A stretch of 64,000 bases of DNA from Eledone cirrhosa (taxonomy: Eukaryota): contig OZ024742.1 of the NCBI GenBank assembly GCA_964016885.1, positions 215,946,001 to 216,010,000 of the forward strand, read 5' to 3'. Below the pieces are notes generated by a model. That model was not told where the DNA came from, did not search any database, and was given only the letters and a program-made list of their open reading frames with translations. Position numbers and translations under genes: made by a program. Shown piece after piece: positions 14,040 through 29,580 of the stretch (its first letter is position 1; every line of letters starts with the position of its first letter).

Positions 14040-14065
14040 ATATGTATGTGTGTGTGTGTGTGTGC
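13420..14065. repeat. Long compound (TA)n/(TACA)n microsatellite
   Basis: Direct inspection; representative of dozens of such tracts. Confidence 0.95.
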
Positions 14066-14337
14066 TACCGTGGATGTAACATATCTAAGGTTGACGTAAG
14101 TCTTGGGGGTGAGCCAGAATGTTGTAATAGAAATGTTACGTGTAGTAATTCGCTTCACTTTGCTCGTCTCGACTTTTAGATACTCATTCATCATATGAGA
14201 ATCGATAAATTAACTCCCAGTAATATGCGGCTTTCATACAGTCAGCACAATAACGATAACGTTAGCTTTTTCCCTTGTCAAAGTAATCCATATGACCATT
14301 TATGCTTGTTAAGTATCACTATTATTACCATTATCAC

Positions 14338-14447
<110 letters not shown>

Positions 14448-15164
14448 CTTGAGGGGGTCGATAAAATATAGTACCAGTAACGTACTTGGGTCTATTTCTT
14501 TGACTTTCCCCCCCTCTCCCAAAATTGCTTGCCTTGTGCTTAAATCAGAAACCATTCTAATTATTATAGTTAATGCTGCTGTTAAAATGCCTTCGGTATT
14601 TATTCTAGTTCCTTACGTTCGCTGATCGAATCATTCTAAGGTCAACCGTGCATATCACCTTTCAAATAATGTGCCAGTGAAGTACTGAGATCAATTTGGA
14701 CGTCTTACAGTACCCCATATTTTGTTTTATCTGATTATGTTATAAATTATTATTATCACCATTCTTAGGGCAGTAGATGAACAGTATCATTAGAGCGTCT
14801 AGAAAAATACCTTTTGATTTTGAGTTCCCTTATAGCCACGTTCTGAATTTAAATGACGCCAGGTTTAATTTGGATATCATTCTCCTGGCGGTGGGGAGAA
14901 ACGCGAAATAAATAACGTGCTCGTCAAGTACTGAGGTCCATTAAATTGACCATATCTTTCCCCAAATCTTAATGCTGAGGGTCTATGTTGTATGTCTGGA
15001 CCCGTAACTCCTAAGGAAGTTACAGGTGCCTCATATTTATATACGGATTTTGTTGGGCCTCATGAACCTGGGGGGCCCATTCTTTCAAGGCCTGAACACA
15101 AGAGGTTTCTTCTAGAGGATGATCGACGGTGGAAGAAAGGAAGAACGAAAGAGGTATAGAGGAC

Positions 15165-15340
15165 GAATCGACCCCAGTACTAGACTGGTATATTTTTTAT
15201 CGATCTCAAAAGTATGAATGGCAGATGCTGACCTTGGCGAGATTTGAACTCAGTGAGAAAGTCCTATGATAGGAAAGCATTCTATCAGACGTTCTGACCA
15301 CTCTGCCGATTCGCTGACTAGTCTCTATATTAGAAATTCT

Positions 15341-15397
<57 letters not shown>

Positions 15398-15610
15398 TGT
15401 TTTTACTTTTGGCACAAGGCCAGCAATTATCCAAGTGCATTACTGGTACTCTATTTTATCGACCCCGTAAGGATGAAAGGCAAAGTTAACCTCGGCGGGA
15501 TTTGAACTCAGAATGGTAAGGGCCGTAACTCTATGTGTCTAAGCATGATGTCCGATCATCTACCCATCCTCTACCGATACTGCCAATCCACCGCCCTTAT
15601 AATAATAATA

Positions 15611-15692
<82 letters not shown>

Positions 15693-15870
15693 TGTCTCTA
15701 CTTTAGGCACAAGGCCAACAATAATCCAGTGCATTACTGGTACTTTATAAATAATAATAATAATAAGTGTTTCTACTTTAGGCACAAGGCCAGCAAATAC
15801 CCAGTGCATTACTGATACTTTATTTTATCGACCACGTAAGGATGAAAGGCAAAGTCAACCTCGGCGCCGT
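15165..15870 (-). mobile_element. Cluster of SINE copies and fragments separated by (AAT)n
   Basis: Repeated TTCTACTTTAGGCACAAGGCC starts near 15400, 15693 and 15770; B-box on the minus strand near 15240 and 15500. Confidence 0.8.
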
Positions 15871-17019
15871 TTCGCCGACTAGTTTCTATATTAAACATTC
15901 TTTTAATAATAATGATGATGATAATGATTGTTATTTTTATTATCATTATTAATACTCAACAAGAGAGAAACAGTTATGATATTACGTGTTCGATCCCGTG
16001 CAGAGCCGGGTTGTGATATTAATGTGTAGAAATAGTACAAAGGAACTTGTTGAAAATATGTCAGAAGTGGAGGTGCCTGTTCGGGTGAATCTTATGTAAT
16101 TTTCATTGAAATATACAATGTGGGAGAACGTATCAACAGTGATAACTTTCTTGAGCACTTGACTCGATCTGCCCCTCTAACTATACCAATAACACCACAG
16201 TATAGTGAGCAGACTAGTCAGAGCCCTCGAAATATATTTTGTCAAACTGAATAAGTGTGTTTTTGAGTTTGAGAGTGAGAAGCGGGGAGTCCTCTCACTA
16301 TTCAATGTGACTGAGTGCCCATTATTATTGTTATTATTTCTCTTTTTTTTTTGTGTGTGGTGAGGATTTTATTGATGACACTCGTCAGTTGTTATATTAA
16401 AAAATATTCAATTTTAAGGGTAGTTATTCGGTAGGCTTGATAAGAATTTTAAAGGTGAAATATATGTTTCTTCTATGTTTTGAACGAAAAACATAGGAAT
16501 TGGGGACCAGATCTAAACCAGCCCTCTGACTGATGTATTGGCCGAACCCGCTACATATAGCCACTGAATGCAGTGATCACTGGATTCAAACCTAACCACG
16601 CGTTTTTTTTTATTTTCTTTATTATTTTATTATTATTTGGTGCTCTGTTCTAATTTCTATTCACATGGCTTTCTAATGAGAAGCAGATATGTCTCAGCTC
16701 TCTCCCGTTCATTAATAACACATACGCACGTCTATAATTCTCAGGTTTCCATATTTTCAAAATTATTTAACCATATGTCTAGTATTATTTGTGTGACTAA
16801 GCATTAGATGTATGAAAAGTAAACAATAAAAACAGAAAAGAAAAGTAGACGTATTTCATCCAAATGGTCAGTTAACATATATCGAAAAGGATTCGTAAAA
16901 AAAAAAAATTAAGAAATTAATGTGTATAGAAAGGATAAGAATGAGGAAGTGACTAAACATAGACTGTGTGTGACACACTCATGTAATTAAGCTAAACTGG
17001 ATGAAATTACAGGGCGACG

Positions 17020-17164
17020 AGTTACAGGAGTATCGGATAGAATAACTTGTAGCATTTACTCCGGCTTTTTGCACTCAAATCGTCACTATGATTAAATGTG
17101 TCATTCATCCATCTATAGTCGTCAAATAAAGGACGTGCCAGGTATCGTGGTCGATTCTCATATT

Positions 17165-17165
<1 letters not shown>
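17020..17165 (-). repeat. Family D dispersed repeat (second copy at 19488-19578)
   Basis: Shared TCCGGCTTTTTGCACTCAAAT...GCCAGGTATCGT; GAGTGC motif on the minus strand. Confidence 0.7.
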
Positions 17166-17228
<63 letters not shown>

Positions 17229-17983
17229 CCCTATCTTTTTGCAATTTCTCGCTCCCCCAATCAATAAATTTATCTCCCGGGAAAAATGCATTTTGGGACT
17301 ACACTAAAGGTCACATTTGTCAGAAATGTAGCGGGGATATCAATCGCATAACTTCACAAAATAATTGTTTCTACTTTAGGCACAAGGCCAGCAATCACCC
17401 AGTGCATTACTGGTACTTTATTTTATCAGTAATGCACAAAATAATAGAATTGATAAGCAAACAAAAGGAATTATCCAAAGGTTATTTACAACAGTTTGAA
17501 ACAGAATTAATGCTATGAAATAGAGAACAACACAACTATAGAAATAAGAAAGAGAGACTTGCCCTCTCTTCACAAACCTTGTTTGAAAAAAAAAGTATCG
17601 CAATAAGTTCATTTAAAAAATGATTTAAAATAAATAGATAAAAACAAATGAATAAATAACGTGAAAGTTCTTAGGTAAAACGAGAAAGGTAGAAAAAGAG
17701 GCGAAAAAAGTAAGCAAATATCTCAAAAGCAGATATTACCCGTAGAAATAGAGAAAGGTATAGCACTATAGTGATTATTAAAGGCTGGAATATTAAAAAG
17801 GTGTTCGTGTGTTGAAGATATATGAATAACATTGAGTTCTACGAGTATTAACTTCAGTTACTTCGCCATACTGTTAGAAAAAATTGTGAATAACATATAT
17901 ATATTTATATACATTTTATATATATATATATATATATATACATGTCTGTGTGTGTGTATGTGTGTGCGTATGTACACATGTAC

Positions 17984-18037
<54 letters not shown>

Positions 18038-18233
18038 ATATATATCTATATGTGCATATGTATGTGTGTGTGTGTGAGTGTGCGCGCGTCTGGCTGTTTA
18101 TGCGTGTATATAATTTAAAAAATCGAACGAAACATAACGGGCATAGTGATGTCAAACAGAATAAATATAAGATACTTTTAAATACACACACACACACACA
18201 CACACACTTATATACAACATATTCATCGCTCTC

Positions 18234-18269
<36 letters not shown>

Positions 18270-18626
18270 GTTATCTCTCTCTCTCTCTCTCTCTCTGTAT
18301 ATATATATATATATATGTATATATATGTGTGTGTGTTTCTGTATTTGTCTGCTATTGATATATATACATATATATATTTGTGCGCTATTGATATATATAT
18401 ATATATAGCACAGAAATCCAGAAACATACTCATACATGCATATACAGTATATATAAATGTACGTATGTATAAACTGCAAAGTTTTGTGCGAGAAATTTCT
18501 CGTCGAACAATCATTTACTATGTGCGATATACAACACCAACAGAGAACATAGCTTCGTAAGTGCGTGTGTATATATATATACATGTATGTACGTATATGT
18601 GCATGTGTTCTTGTATGTGTGTGTGA

Positions 18627-18687
<61 letters not shown>

Positions 18688-19222
18688 TGTGATCATGTGT
18701 ACGTGTGTGTATGCGTGTATTGAAAAGATTATTACTCGTGACCATGATTGTGTAAATATTACATTATGAATTTTTGTTATTTACTCTATTGCTCACTTTT
18801 CCTATGGATAGAAAATTGATTACATAATCTCTAACTTATCCAGAAAGAGCAACAACTACAACATCAACAACAATATAAACAGCAGTACTGTTAACAAAAC
18901 TGTTTTAACACTCACATCTCTTGGATGATTATGGAAATTTTAATGAAATTTTCTATAAATACGTAGCACACAACAGCGGAATTATTAACAAGGAGTTGAT
19001 ACATAATCACCCAAACAAATACATACATAATTATAGTTCCACGTTTGCTGTCATGTAAAAGTTTCACACCGCAAACACGTGGGTCCAGGTTCAAATTGTT
19101 ACAAAGTACTATAAACTATAAGCAGTGCCTTGCGTTATAGCATCGGCTTCATAGATACACTTAGTTCGGATTTTCTCGATAGAAAATGTTTTATATGCGT
19201 GCGTGTGTGCATGGTCTGTTTA

Positions 19223-19270
<48 letters not shown>

Positions 19271-19349
19271 ACCACCCCACTCTCAAGAGCGTGAAATTAA
19301 TAAACATTTGTTGTACTGCCTCTCTGTTTTGTTCCCGTACAATTTTTTC

Positions 19350-19411
<62 letters not shown>

Positions 19412-19440
19412 TTTATATAGATAAATATATATATATATTA

Positions 19441-19490
<50 letters not shown>

Positions 19491-19579
19491 CGGCTTTTTG
19501 CACTCAAATAGTCACTATGATTAAATGTGTCATTCATCCATCTGTAGTCGTCAAAAAAAGGACCTGCCAGGTATCGTCG

Positions 19580-19701
19580 TCGTCGAAACGGCTTGAGCTC
19601 TGCCGTCGGGGTCTTGAACATTTTCCTATTACCCACTCTACTACACAAGGTATTGATTACTCTGGTGCGTTATGGTCTACCTGGTTCCTTACCACACTTC
19701 G

Positions 19702-19703
<2 letters not shown>
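19580..19703 (+). mobile_element. Family A long arm fused to a family D fragment
   Basis: CGTCGAAACGGCTTGAGCTCTGCCGTCGGGGTC...CTTCGTTATA. Confidence 0.8.
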
Positions 19704-19766
<63 letters not shown>

Positions 19767-19813
19767 CATGTACAAATGTATGCTTGCATGTACGTATATA
19801 TATGTATGTATGC

Positions 19814-19849
<36 letters not shown>

Positions 19850-20214
19850 GTGTGTGGTTTGTGAAACGATAAAAAGGAATCATACAATAAACACAGAAGA
19901 AAATCAACTGCAAAGAATCATGAAAAGAAGAGAAAAAGCAAAAGAAGCAGATCGACAGACGAGAGTCATTCATGCGTTATATATGCACTATTACCGATTA
20001 CCTGATCGATACCAGGCTGACAATACGTTATGATCGATCTGTCAATCAATACAACGATATGTTCCTACGTGCGCCATGTGCGCGTTATTGAGGAACTTTT
20101 TTGAGAGTGTGTGTGCGTGCGCATATATGTATGTATATACATATATATACAGACATATACTGTATATATATATATAAATATATATACAGACATATACTGT
20201 ATATATATATATAA

Positions 20215-20260
<46 letters not shown>

Positions 20261-20325
20261 ATATATAGTCCACCACGTCATTGCATAGGTAGTTACCGTA
20301 AATGCAAATATTACATGCATATATA

Positions 20326-20530
20326 TAACGAAGGAAATGTGGTAAGGAACCAGATGTACCATAACGCACCAAAGTACTCAATACTTAGGGTAGTAGAGTG
20401 AGTAATAGGAACGAGTAGGACCCCGACGGTTGAGCTCAAGCCGTTTCGACGGCTAATTCTGGACGAATTGAGTCCAGAATTAGCCGTCGAAACGACTTGA
20501 GCTCAACCGTCGGGGTCCTACTCGTTCCAT

Positions 20531-20531
<1 letters not shown>
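20326..20531. mobile_element. Family A foldback element
   Basis: Apex CTGGAC-GAATTGA-GTCCAG near 20468; flanked by TA tracts. Confidence 0.85.
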
Positions 20532-20563
<32 letters not shown>

Positions 20564-20575
20564 TATATAATATAT

Positions 20576-20607
<32 letters not shown>

Positions 20608-20656
20608 CATACACATACACGCACATGCATGTATATATGGATATATATATATATAT

Positions 20657-20760
<104 letters not shown>

Positions 20761-20783
20761 ATATATGTATATATATATATGTA

Positions 20784-20868
<85 letters not shown>

Positions 20869-20896
20869 TTATATTAATAATGTATGTCGTTGCTCA

Positions 20897-20935
<39 letters not shown>

Positions 20936-21314
20936 CACATGTACGTGTATTGTGCGTTCACAGGGAGAGAAAGAGAGAGAAAGATGGAGAGGGATAGGGA
21001 GAGAGGCTGAGGTATATATTTATCGATATTGATAACCATGGATATAGGTGTTTCAATATATATGAGACTCATTTTTACAGAAATTGATATATTTAATTGT
21101 TATCAGGTAAAACACGTACGTGCAAACACACGTGTATATGTTTACTCTCATTTTGGCGCATATGTATTTGTGTGTGAGTTCGAGTGTGCGTATTTGTGAT
21201 GAGCGCGTGTTTGTGTGCCCGTGTGTGCGTGTGTATGTCCGATGTACGTGTCTGAATCTCCCTGTATTTTTCAAATAAATATGTGTGGGAAAGTATTGGC
21301 AGAGTGAATATATA

Positions 21315-21413
<99 letters not shown>

Positions 21414-21419
21414 ATATAT

Positions 21420-21521
21420 GCCGTCGGGTGATACTTTCTCCTATTACCCACTCTACTACCCTAAGCATTGAGCACTCTGGTGCGTTATGGTACATCTGGT
21501 TCCTTACCACAACTCCTTCGT

Positions 21522-21522
<1 letters not shown>
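21420..21522 (+). mobile_element. Family A long arm, 5'-truncated
   Basis: GCCGTCGGG...GAGCACTCTGGTGCGTTATGG...CTTCGTTATA. Confidence 0.8.
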
Positions 21523-21556
<34 letters not shown>

Positions 21557-21571
21557 ATATATATATATATA

Positions 21572-21647
<76 letters not shown>

Positions 21648-21651
<4 letters not shown>

Positions 21652-21994
21652 GATGTTATATTTAATTTGTTGGGATTCAACACGCTTTAACAATTGTTAT
21701 AACAAATCTAAAGCACTCAACAATGAAGTGGACTAAATATACAATATATTAACAAATGGAAACTATATTTATAAAAGCATATTTATTTTATTATACATAT
21801 TTCAAGGGCCACCAAGGCAAATTATGGTGCGCTCTCATCAGATAAAATACAATACAGAATTAGTTTTATAAATAAACCGTTAATGTTGTCTTTTTTCAGT
21901 ATTTATTTACAAAACTAATTCTGTATTCTATTTTATCTGATAAATCTCACAAACTAAATATGGTTTTATAAATATAGTTTCCATTTGTTAATAT

Positions 21995-22000
<6 letters not shown>
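21648..22000. mobile_element. Family B foldback; hammerhead core on the minus strand at 21789-21848, deleted in the right arm
   Basis: Minus strand reads CTGATGA-GAGCGCACCA...TGGTGGCCCTT-GAAATATGTA; the inverted arm breaks after CTGAT. Confidence 0.8.
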
Positions 22001-22057
<57 letters not shown>

Positions 22058-22354
22058 ATTTATTACATTTTTCCTTTGTCTGTATAAATGTATACCTATA
22101 TATTTTAGCACTCACCCTAGCTAAATATGAAAAACTACTATAGTTAATATGGAAATAACTACCAGCGTTAGCTATGTACAGCTAAAATTATGAAATCGCT
22201 GCCTGTATAGCACACTTACGATGACATGAAGACACATTGTTACTCACGTTCAAACACACATAATTGCACATACACAGAGAAACAGGCACACCCTCACATA
22301 TCTCTCTCTCTCTCTCTACATATATATACATATATATACACACATATATATATA

Positions 22355-22419
22355 TCAAGAGCGTGAAACTAATAAACCTTTGTTCGTACTGCCTCTCTGT
22401 TTTGTTGCCGTTCCATTTT

Positions 22420-22425
<6 letters not shown>
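22355..22425 (+). repeat. Short TA-embedded repeat (second copy at 19282-19352)
   Basis: TCAAGAGCGTGAAA.TAATAAAC...GTACTGCCTCTCTGTTTTGTT. Confidence 0.7.
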
Positions 22426-22461
<36 letters not shown>

Positions 22462-22464
<3 letters not shown>

Positions 22465-22632
22465 GATATTAACAAATGGAAACCATATTTATTTCATTAT
22501 ACATATTTCAAGGACACCAAATTAAATTATGGTGTGCTTTCATCAAATAAAATATAATATAGATCAGTTTTATGAATAAATATTGACATACCCTTAACAA
22601 ATGAAACCATTACTGTTGGAATCTCCCGGATA
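22462..22632 (-). mobile_element. Family B element with mutated hammerhead core (TTGATGA)
   Basis: Homologous to 6128-6310 with the same boundaries. Confidence 0.8.
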
Positions 22633-22692
<60 letters not shown>

Positions 22693-23151
22693 GTGTTATA
22701 TATATAAATACATGCATATAAACTTACATATACATATGTATAGAGACACACCAAGCCCAGCAAACATAGTACTTGAAATGTGTATGTATGTGTGTAAATA
22801 TGCGAGTGTTTCTAATAAGTTAACTAACCAATTACAAGAGAAGCCAGACCTTATCCAGCATTCAAACATCCCCACCTCAATCATTAGTTTATTATTTCTA
22901 CTAAACCATACCCAGACTTTATATCAACAAAGATACACATCCTTTCTATCAGCACTATAGTTACTAACACCATTCCAACCACCACCATATTTATACTCCC
23001 CCCTCTCCCCTTCTACACACCCTATTAGCTGGTTTCTGCTTTGTTGTAATCACATTGAAACTAACGGAAATGTTTTTTGTTACCCTTGATATTATTGTTG
23101 ATTTTTCATTTGTGTTGTTGTTCTTTATTATTATTATCATTATCATCATCA

Positions 23152-23198
<47 letters not shown>

Positions 23199-23354
23199 TT
23201 ACTATCATTATTATTATTATTAATCACCACCACTCTAATCACCGTTTTTGCTTTATTTGTTTTTTGTTTGTTTGTTTGTTTGTATTAAACATCCTTATCA
23301 ACATTATTGTTGCTGTTACTTTTGTTGTCGTCGATGATGCTTCCAAACAATACT

Positions 23355-23357
23355 TTT

Positions 23358-23411
<54 letters not shown>

Positions 23412-23424
23412 CAGCAGTAGCAGC

Positions 23425-23490
<66 letters not shown>

Positions 23491-23515
23491 TGTAGTAGTA
23501 GTAGTAGTAGTAGTG
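23355..23515. repeat. (AGT)n/(AGC)n microsatellite
   Basis: Direct inspection; a similar tract lies at 25107-25233. Confidence 0.95.
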
Positions 23516-25106
23516 CCAGTGATAACAACAGCAATATCAACACCAGTCACTGTGCAAACGCACACCGACAGTCGCATGCATACATATACATACACATACA
23601 CATGAACATACATACATATAGCAATGCGCACACGTGCTCACAGAGGAAGATACATTTAACAATATACATACATACACGCATACATACATACATACATACA
23701 TACATACATACATACATACATACATACATACATACACGCATTCATACATACATACATACATACATACATATACATACATACATACATACATACATGCATA
23801 CATGCATACATACATGCATACATGCATACATGCATACATGCATACATACACACATCGTGCAATGTGGAGATAAAAGCTACATAACAAAATAAGACCGAAA
23901 ATACCATCTGCAAGAGTAGCATCAGCAAAAACAACAACAACAACAACAACAAGCAACAATGAAATAACACACATTAATACGCATGTACACCAAGACACAT
24001 ACATTTGCCCATATAAGCAGCCAGATATACACACAAACATATATATATCTACATAACTGTGCAAATACATACACCCATTCACACACACACATATACACTC
24101 AGAACGGGGAAACACCTATATATTTATATATTCACTAACACCTATACAGAGATACCCGCCTATAACTACGCATGCACTAACACCTATATATACGCTTGCG
24201 TAGACATACGTATATAAAATGCATCTACAGATATACACGCATACACACATACACACATACATACATAGCAATAGATAAAAGACAAGAACTACCAGGAACA
24301 AATGTACGAACTTACATTAACATCCACACACTCACTATTACCTACCGACATATGCGCACATAGATATGCATGTATATACACACACATCAATAAAAATAAA
24401 CATACATATATATTTTTTTATATATACCTAGTGATAGGCTGTGATATAAAGCCTAAAACAAACAAGTCATATTCAAATAGATGAGACTCAACTGCCAACC
24501 GCCCAACACGGTACGTTTGCTTTTCTAATTCAACTGGCTTTCCCAATATTTTATTAATGCTAACTGCTGCTGCTGCGGTTGTTGATGGTATTCATATTGC
24601 TGCTGTTGTTGATGATGTTGTCATTCTATATTTATTATTGTTAATATTAGTGTTGCTATTATGATAATGATTAATGCTGTTGTTGTGAATAATATTTTTA
24701 TTTTTATTTAATGCTGCGGTTTGCCGGCTGGCTGTCGTGTTGGCTGGCTGGTTAGTTGGTTAGATGGTCGGCTGGTTGGCTGGTTGGCTGGTTGGCTGGT
24801 TGTTTGGTTGGTTTGTTGAGTGTTAGGTTGGTTGTTTGGCTGGTTGTTATTGTTGCTGTGGTTTCGACCCCCTTTCAGGTTAGCCATGATTGAAATATTC
24901 CATCCGTGACACTGCCGGTATAGGACATTTTTAGAAGTATTTAACAGGACATCATTATACAATAGGATGTAATTTGAAAGGAGTTTGGTTGCTATATCTA
25001 GCAACCTACGTCGAGAGTCACAAAAGTAAGTGTTAATATTTATCAAGCACTTTTTGTTGCCGACCCCGTTTATTATTTTTTTATACAAACTATAACAGTT
25101 GTTTAC

Positions 25107-25148
<42 letters not shown>

Positions 25149-25164
25149 CAGCATCACCAGCAGC

Positions 25165-25234
<70 letters not shown>

Positions 25235-25709
25235 CTATAATTGCTCTGTACTGTACGATATACAAAAGCGTCAAAAGTTGAAATGACTTATGAACAAATT
25301 ATATATATACGTGTATGCGTATGCATATATGTGTATGTGTGCGTGTAGACATGTATGTGTGAATGTATGCATGCATATATGTAAAGATATACATACAAAT
25401 ACACAAACATACATATATATATATACAAAAATACATTTAGATACTTTTCTATTTTTAAAACATTCTGCCAATCTGTTTATTGATATATAGGTTCTATTTA
25501 CGTCCGCACCTATCTACTTATACATCTAACACAAGCCGGCGCAGACGTACTCCAGTATTCATACATTCCAAACATATGCAAACGTTTATTTAGTTTCATA
25601 TGTATACAAGTGCATGCATGTTCGTATAAACATGCGTTCTATAATACACACACACACATATATATATATATACGTATGTGTGTGTGTGTTTGTGTGTGTG
25701 TGCGTGGAT

Positions 25710-25757
<48 letters not shown>

Positions 25758-25787
25758 GGGGTATATATGGGTGTTTTGATATATATG

Positions 25788-25820
<33 letters not shown>

Positions 25821-25902
25821 GTATATATATACATATATAGACGTATAGACGTATAGACATGTTTATTGGTGCGCACACTCACGTACTAGCCCATACACTC
25901 AT

Positions 25903-26012
<110 letters not shown>

Positions 26013-26098
26013 GTTTATAAATATATATTATATATATCTGTGTGTGTGTGTATATAAATATATATATATATATATATCTATGTATCTATATCTATCTA

Positions 26099-26156
<58 letters not shown>

Positions 26157-26157
26157 C

Positions 26158-26208
<51 letters not shown>

Positions 26209-26720
26209 TACACATATATATATACATATATATTCTAGTTTAAGATGAATGTACTGTTTATAGACTCATCTAACAACTAGTAATACTACTTGCTGATCAC
26301 TTTCCGGTCGGTCTGGTTTGACTTGGTTCATTTCGTTCTTACATTTTTTTTAGCTTTATTTCCATATATCTATCACAACGTATATATACACATGCCCATA
26401 CATACACAACCACACACACACACACACACACAGACAGATACGCGCACATGCTTAGACCAGTCCTCACATTAACCATACGCGCAAATACAACACACTCACA
26501 CAGTCATAGCTTTGTATAATTTATAAATGGGCAGCTTCATTCGACTTGACTTGACACGACGTGATTTTGTACGATACTATGATTTAGTTCTGCCTTTTGA
26601 GAGAAAACGAGTGGACGTTGTTATATAAAAAAGAACGTCCTGTAACATTTATTGATGTTGAGCAATACTATTCACCAGTTCTGGGAACTTCTACCTGGTA
26701 TCTCGCTCTCTCTGTGTCTG

Positions 26721-26827
<107 letters not shown>

Positions 26828-27960
26828 AATCTCTCCCCCCTCTCTCTCTCTCTCACCCTCACTCTCACAGTCACATACACATGCACTCAAAAGGAAAATA
26901 TACATTGTTAGATACGTTGGAAAATATAGACTGTAAGAAAGATGGGATGTTGATGACTGGAAAGCCATTGATCATATATCGACTCAGTAACTGCAACCTG
27001 ATTGAGAAATGTCATATCGAATTCATCGTATCATAATACGCATTGTTTAGTTAATTAATAAACCACATTTAATAACAATAATCAATAGAGAGAAGCAGGG
27101 GAAAGAGAGTACTTGGAATATAATCATTTATTTAATGTTGCATATTTTTATTTTAATTACATTTGTAAATTATAACAAAAATATATTACTTCGTTGTTTC
27201 CCTTTCTGTTGATGACATTGGTTATGTAAGTCCACGATTCAGGAAACATATATTTAATCTTATATTCAGGAATCGTGTACTCTGGTCTGTATTACCCAGT
27301 AGATTTCGCCACTATTACTAGCATATTTAATGGCCACGAGAGAAACATCCGTTTATACCTGTCATGTTTCCTTTGTTGGTCTTTTATAGCACAGGAAGAG
27401 CGCGGTTTATGCCATGAGTATTCAATTTTACTTAAGTACCGCTATATACCAAACTATATTTAAAGATACATCCCACTTAGTATGTTTACAGGTGGATTCT
27501 AGAAGTAATTCATTTGGTGTGATTAAGATGCTTATTTCTGTTAAAGTAAAAGTAATCCTAAGAGAATATTTAGCGGATTCAATAGCCAGAAATGTGACGC
27601 CATGCCACACAAAGTTTAAGTTTTCAATGACGTGATTTTGACATGAATAAACAAAGCATGTGAGAATGGGAATATCTTACCAAAGGATATCATAAATATA
27701 TTTTTGATCGATATTTTCCACGTTTATATTGTTAAACCCGATGAAATATACATGTGTTCACTATAAAATTAGAAAATCCTTATGAAATATGTCAGTGGTT
27801 TCAGTTGTTTCGGTTGTAAATACGTTCCTGTATGTATGTAAGTATATACGTGTGTATGTATGTATGTATGTATGTATGTATGTATGCATGCATGCGTGCA
27901 TGTGTGTATGCATGTATGTATGTTTTGTTATTTCTTTTTTTGTTATTTCTTTTTTTTATT

Positions 27961-28266
27961 AAGACAGCTCCCTAGGAGAAGGTCACACCGATATAAAACC
28001 TGTGACTTTGCAGCTAATGATGTAGATCAATTCATTTTTGGGGGCAAATACATTCGATATTCAGAGAATGGGATTAAGCCTATGTTAAGCCTTTCCTCAC
28101 TTAACAAAAGCTTCAAGCACAGGCATCCGTGATATATGACATTTTTTGCGATGCATGGTATTACTTGCCACGGGCAAGTCCCTAGCAGACCTAAAACGAC
28201 ATGTCCGTGATGCTCATGCTTAAGTATCAAGCGATGCCATTACTCAAAATCGAGTTGTAGCCTACA
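27961..28266 (+). mobile_element. Diverged relative of the RTE-derived non-autonomous element
   Basis: CTAGGAGAAGG...AAAAGCTTCA.GCACAGGCAT...TACTCAAAATCGAGTTGTAGCC, followed by TATG repeats. Confidence 0.6.
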
Positions 28267-29171
28267 TGTATGTGTGTCTGTCTGTCTCTATGTATGTATG
28301 TATGTATGTATGTATGTATGTACGTATGTATGTGTGTATGTATGTATATATTTTGTATGTGTGTATGTATGTAGCTATGTATCTGTGATTCAAATCGCAG
28401 GCCACAGTTTAAGTATTCTGTTTAGAAGTACATATTTTCAGAGATAAGTTATGTAACATCATTGTTTCTGATATCTTCTAAAATCCCAGACAAATTCTCC
28501 AACTGCTGCCAGTTTTTCATATAATTTCACGTACTTTTTCTTTGACCAAGGTTTCGTCTTCATGACTACACTCCCTCAATTCCTTCACAGAGCTGCAGCG
28601 TTTATTGCATAAAACGCAGAAATAACTGGTGACAATACCAGTACAATTAACATTACTATCTTTGAGTCAATGAAGAAAACTTCTAGGTGGTGTTGCTTCA
28701 AATTACTACTTAAATAAAATAAAATAAAAATATATATTAATAATGAACAAAAAAGATCATGTTTGATAATGTAGTTGTGGTTATATAAAAAGATGGGATT
28801 GCCATAGCCTGAACGTCATTGAACATACGTAAGTTTAGGCAGTCGGTGTTACACTGGGAATACCTATTCACAACCACTTAGCTATTTCTTATTGTTCTTC
28901 TGAGAAGTTTAGAACATATTTCTGCTACTACTGCTGCAACTCTGCTGTTGGTTGTCCTACTGCTGCTGTCATTGCTGCTGCTGCTGTTGCTAATAATGCG
29001 TTTCTTGTTGTTTCATCGAGATATGTATAAACTAATATGTAAAAATGGTGTGCGTATGCATCTGTGTTTCCCCACACACGTATGTGTGTATGTATGTATG
29101 TATGTATGTATGTGTGTATGTATGTGTGTATGTATGTATGTATGTATGTATGTATGTATGTATGTATGTAT

Positions 29172-29580
29172 GAGAGATGACCCCTTAGCCTTTGTCAAGG
29201 CAGAATTCTAGGAGAAGGAAAACTCTGATATAACACCTGCAACCCTGATGGTATCCAATGATGTTGACTTGTTCTTCTTTTTGGTAAATATCATCTTGGT
29301 TAAGAGAGTGGGACTGGCTTTGTGCAGTGCCTTTGCTCACTATAAAAGCTTCACGGCACAGGCATTGCTTTATATCTGGAGATCTCTCTGCACTTGTCGT
29401 CACATGGTACCATGGGCCCAGCACTATGTGTCAATAATTGTCACAAGTGTAGTGTTTGTACACAGAGTTTTCAAGTTGCTGGCTGAACTAAAAAGTCACA
29501 CTTGTTCAGCGCATCGGTAGGGGTTCTCCTACATGGATATAAAGTAGTGGCCGTACTCAAAAACGAGTTGGCAGCCACCA
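29172..29580 (+). mobile_element. About 410-bp non-autonomous RTE-derived element, copy 2, inside (TATG)n
   Basis: Same ends as 6988-7395; (TATG)n on both sides. Confidence 0.85.
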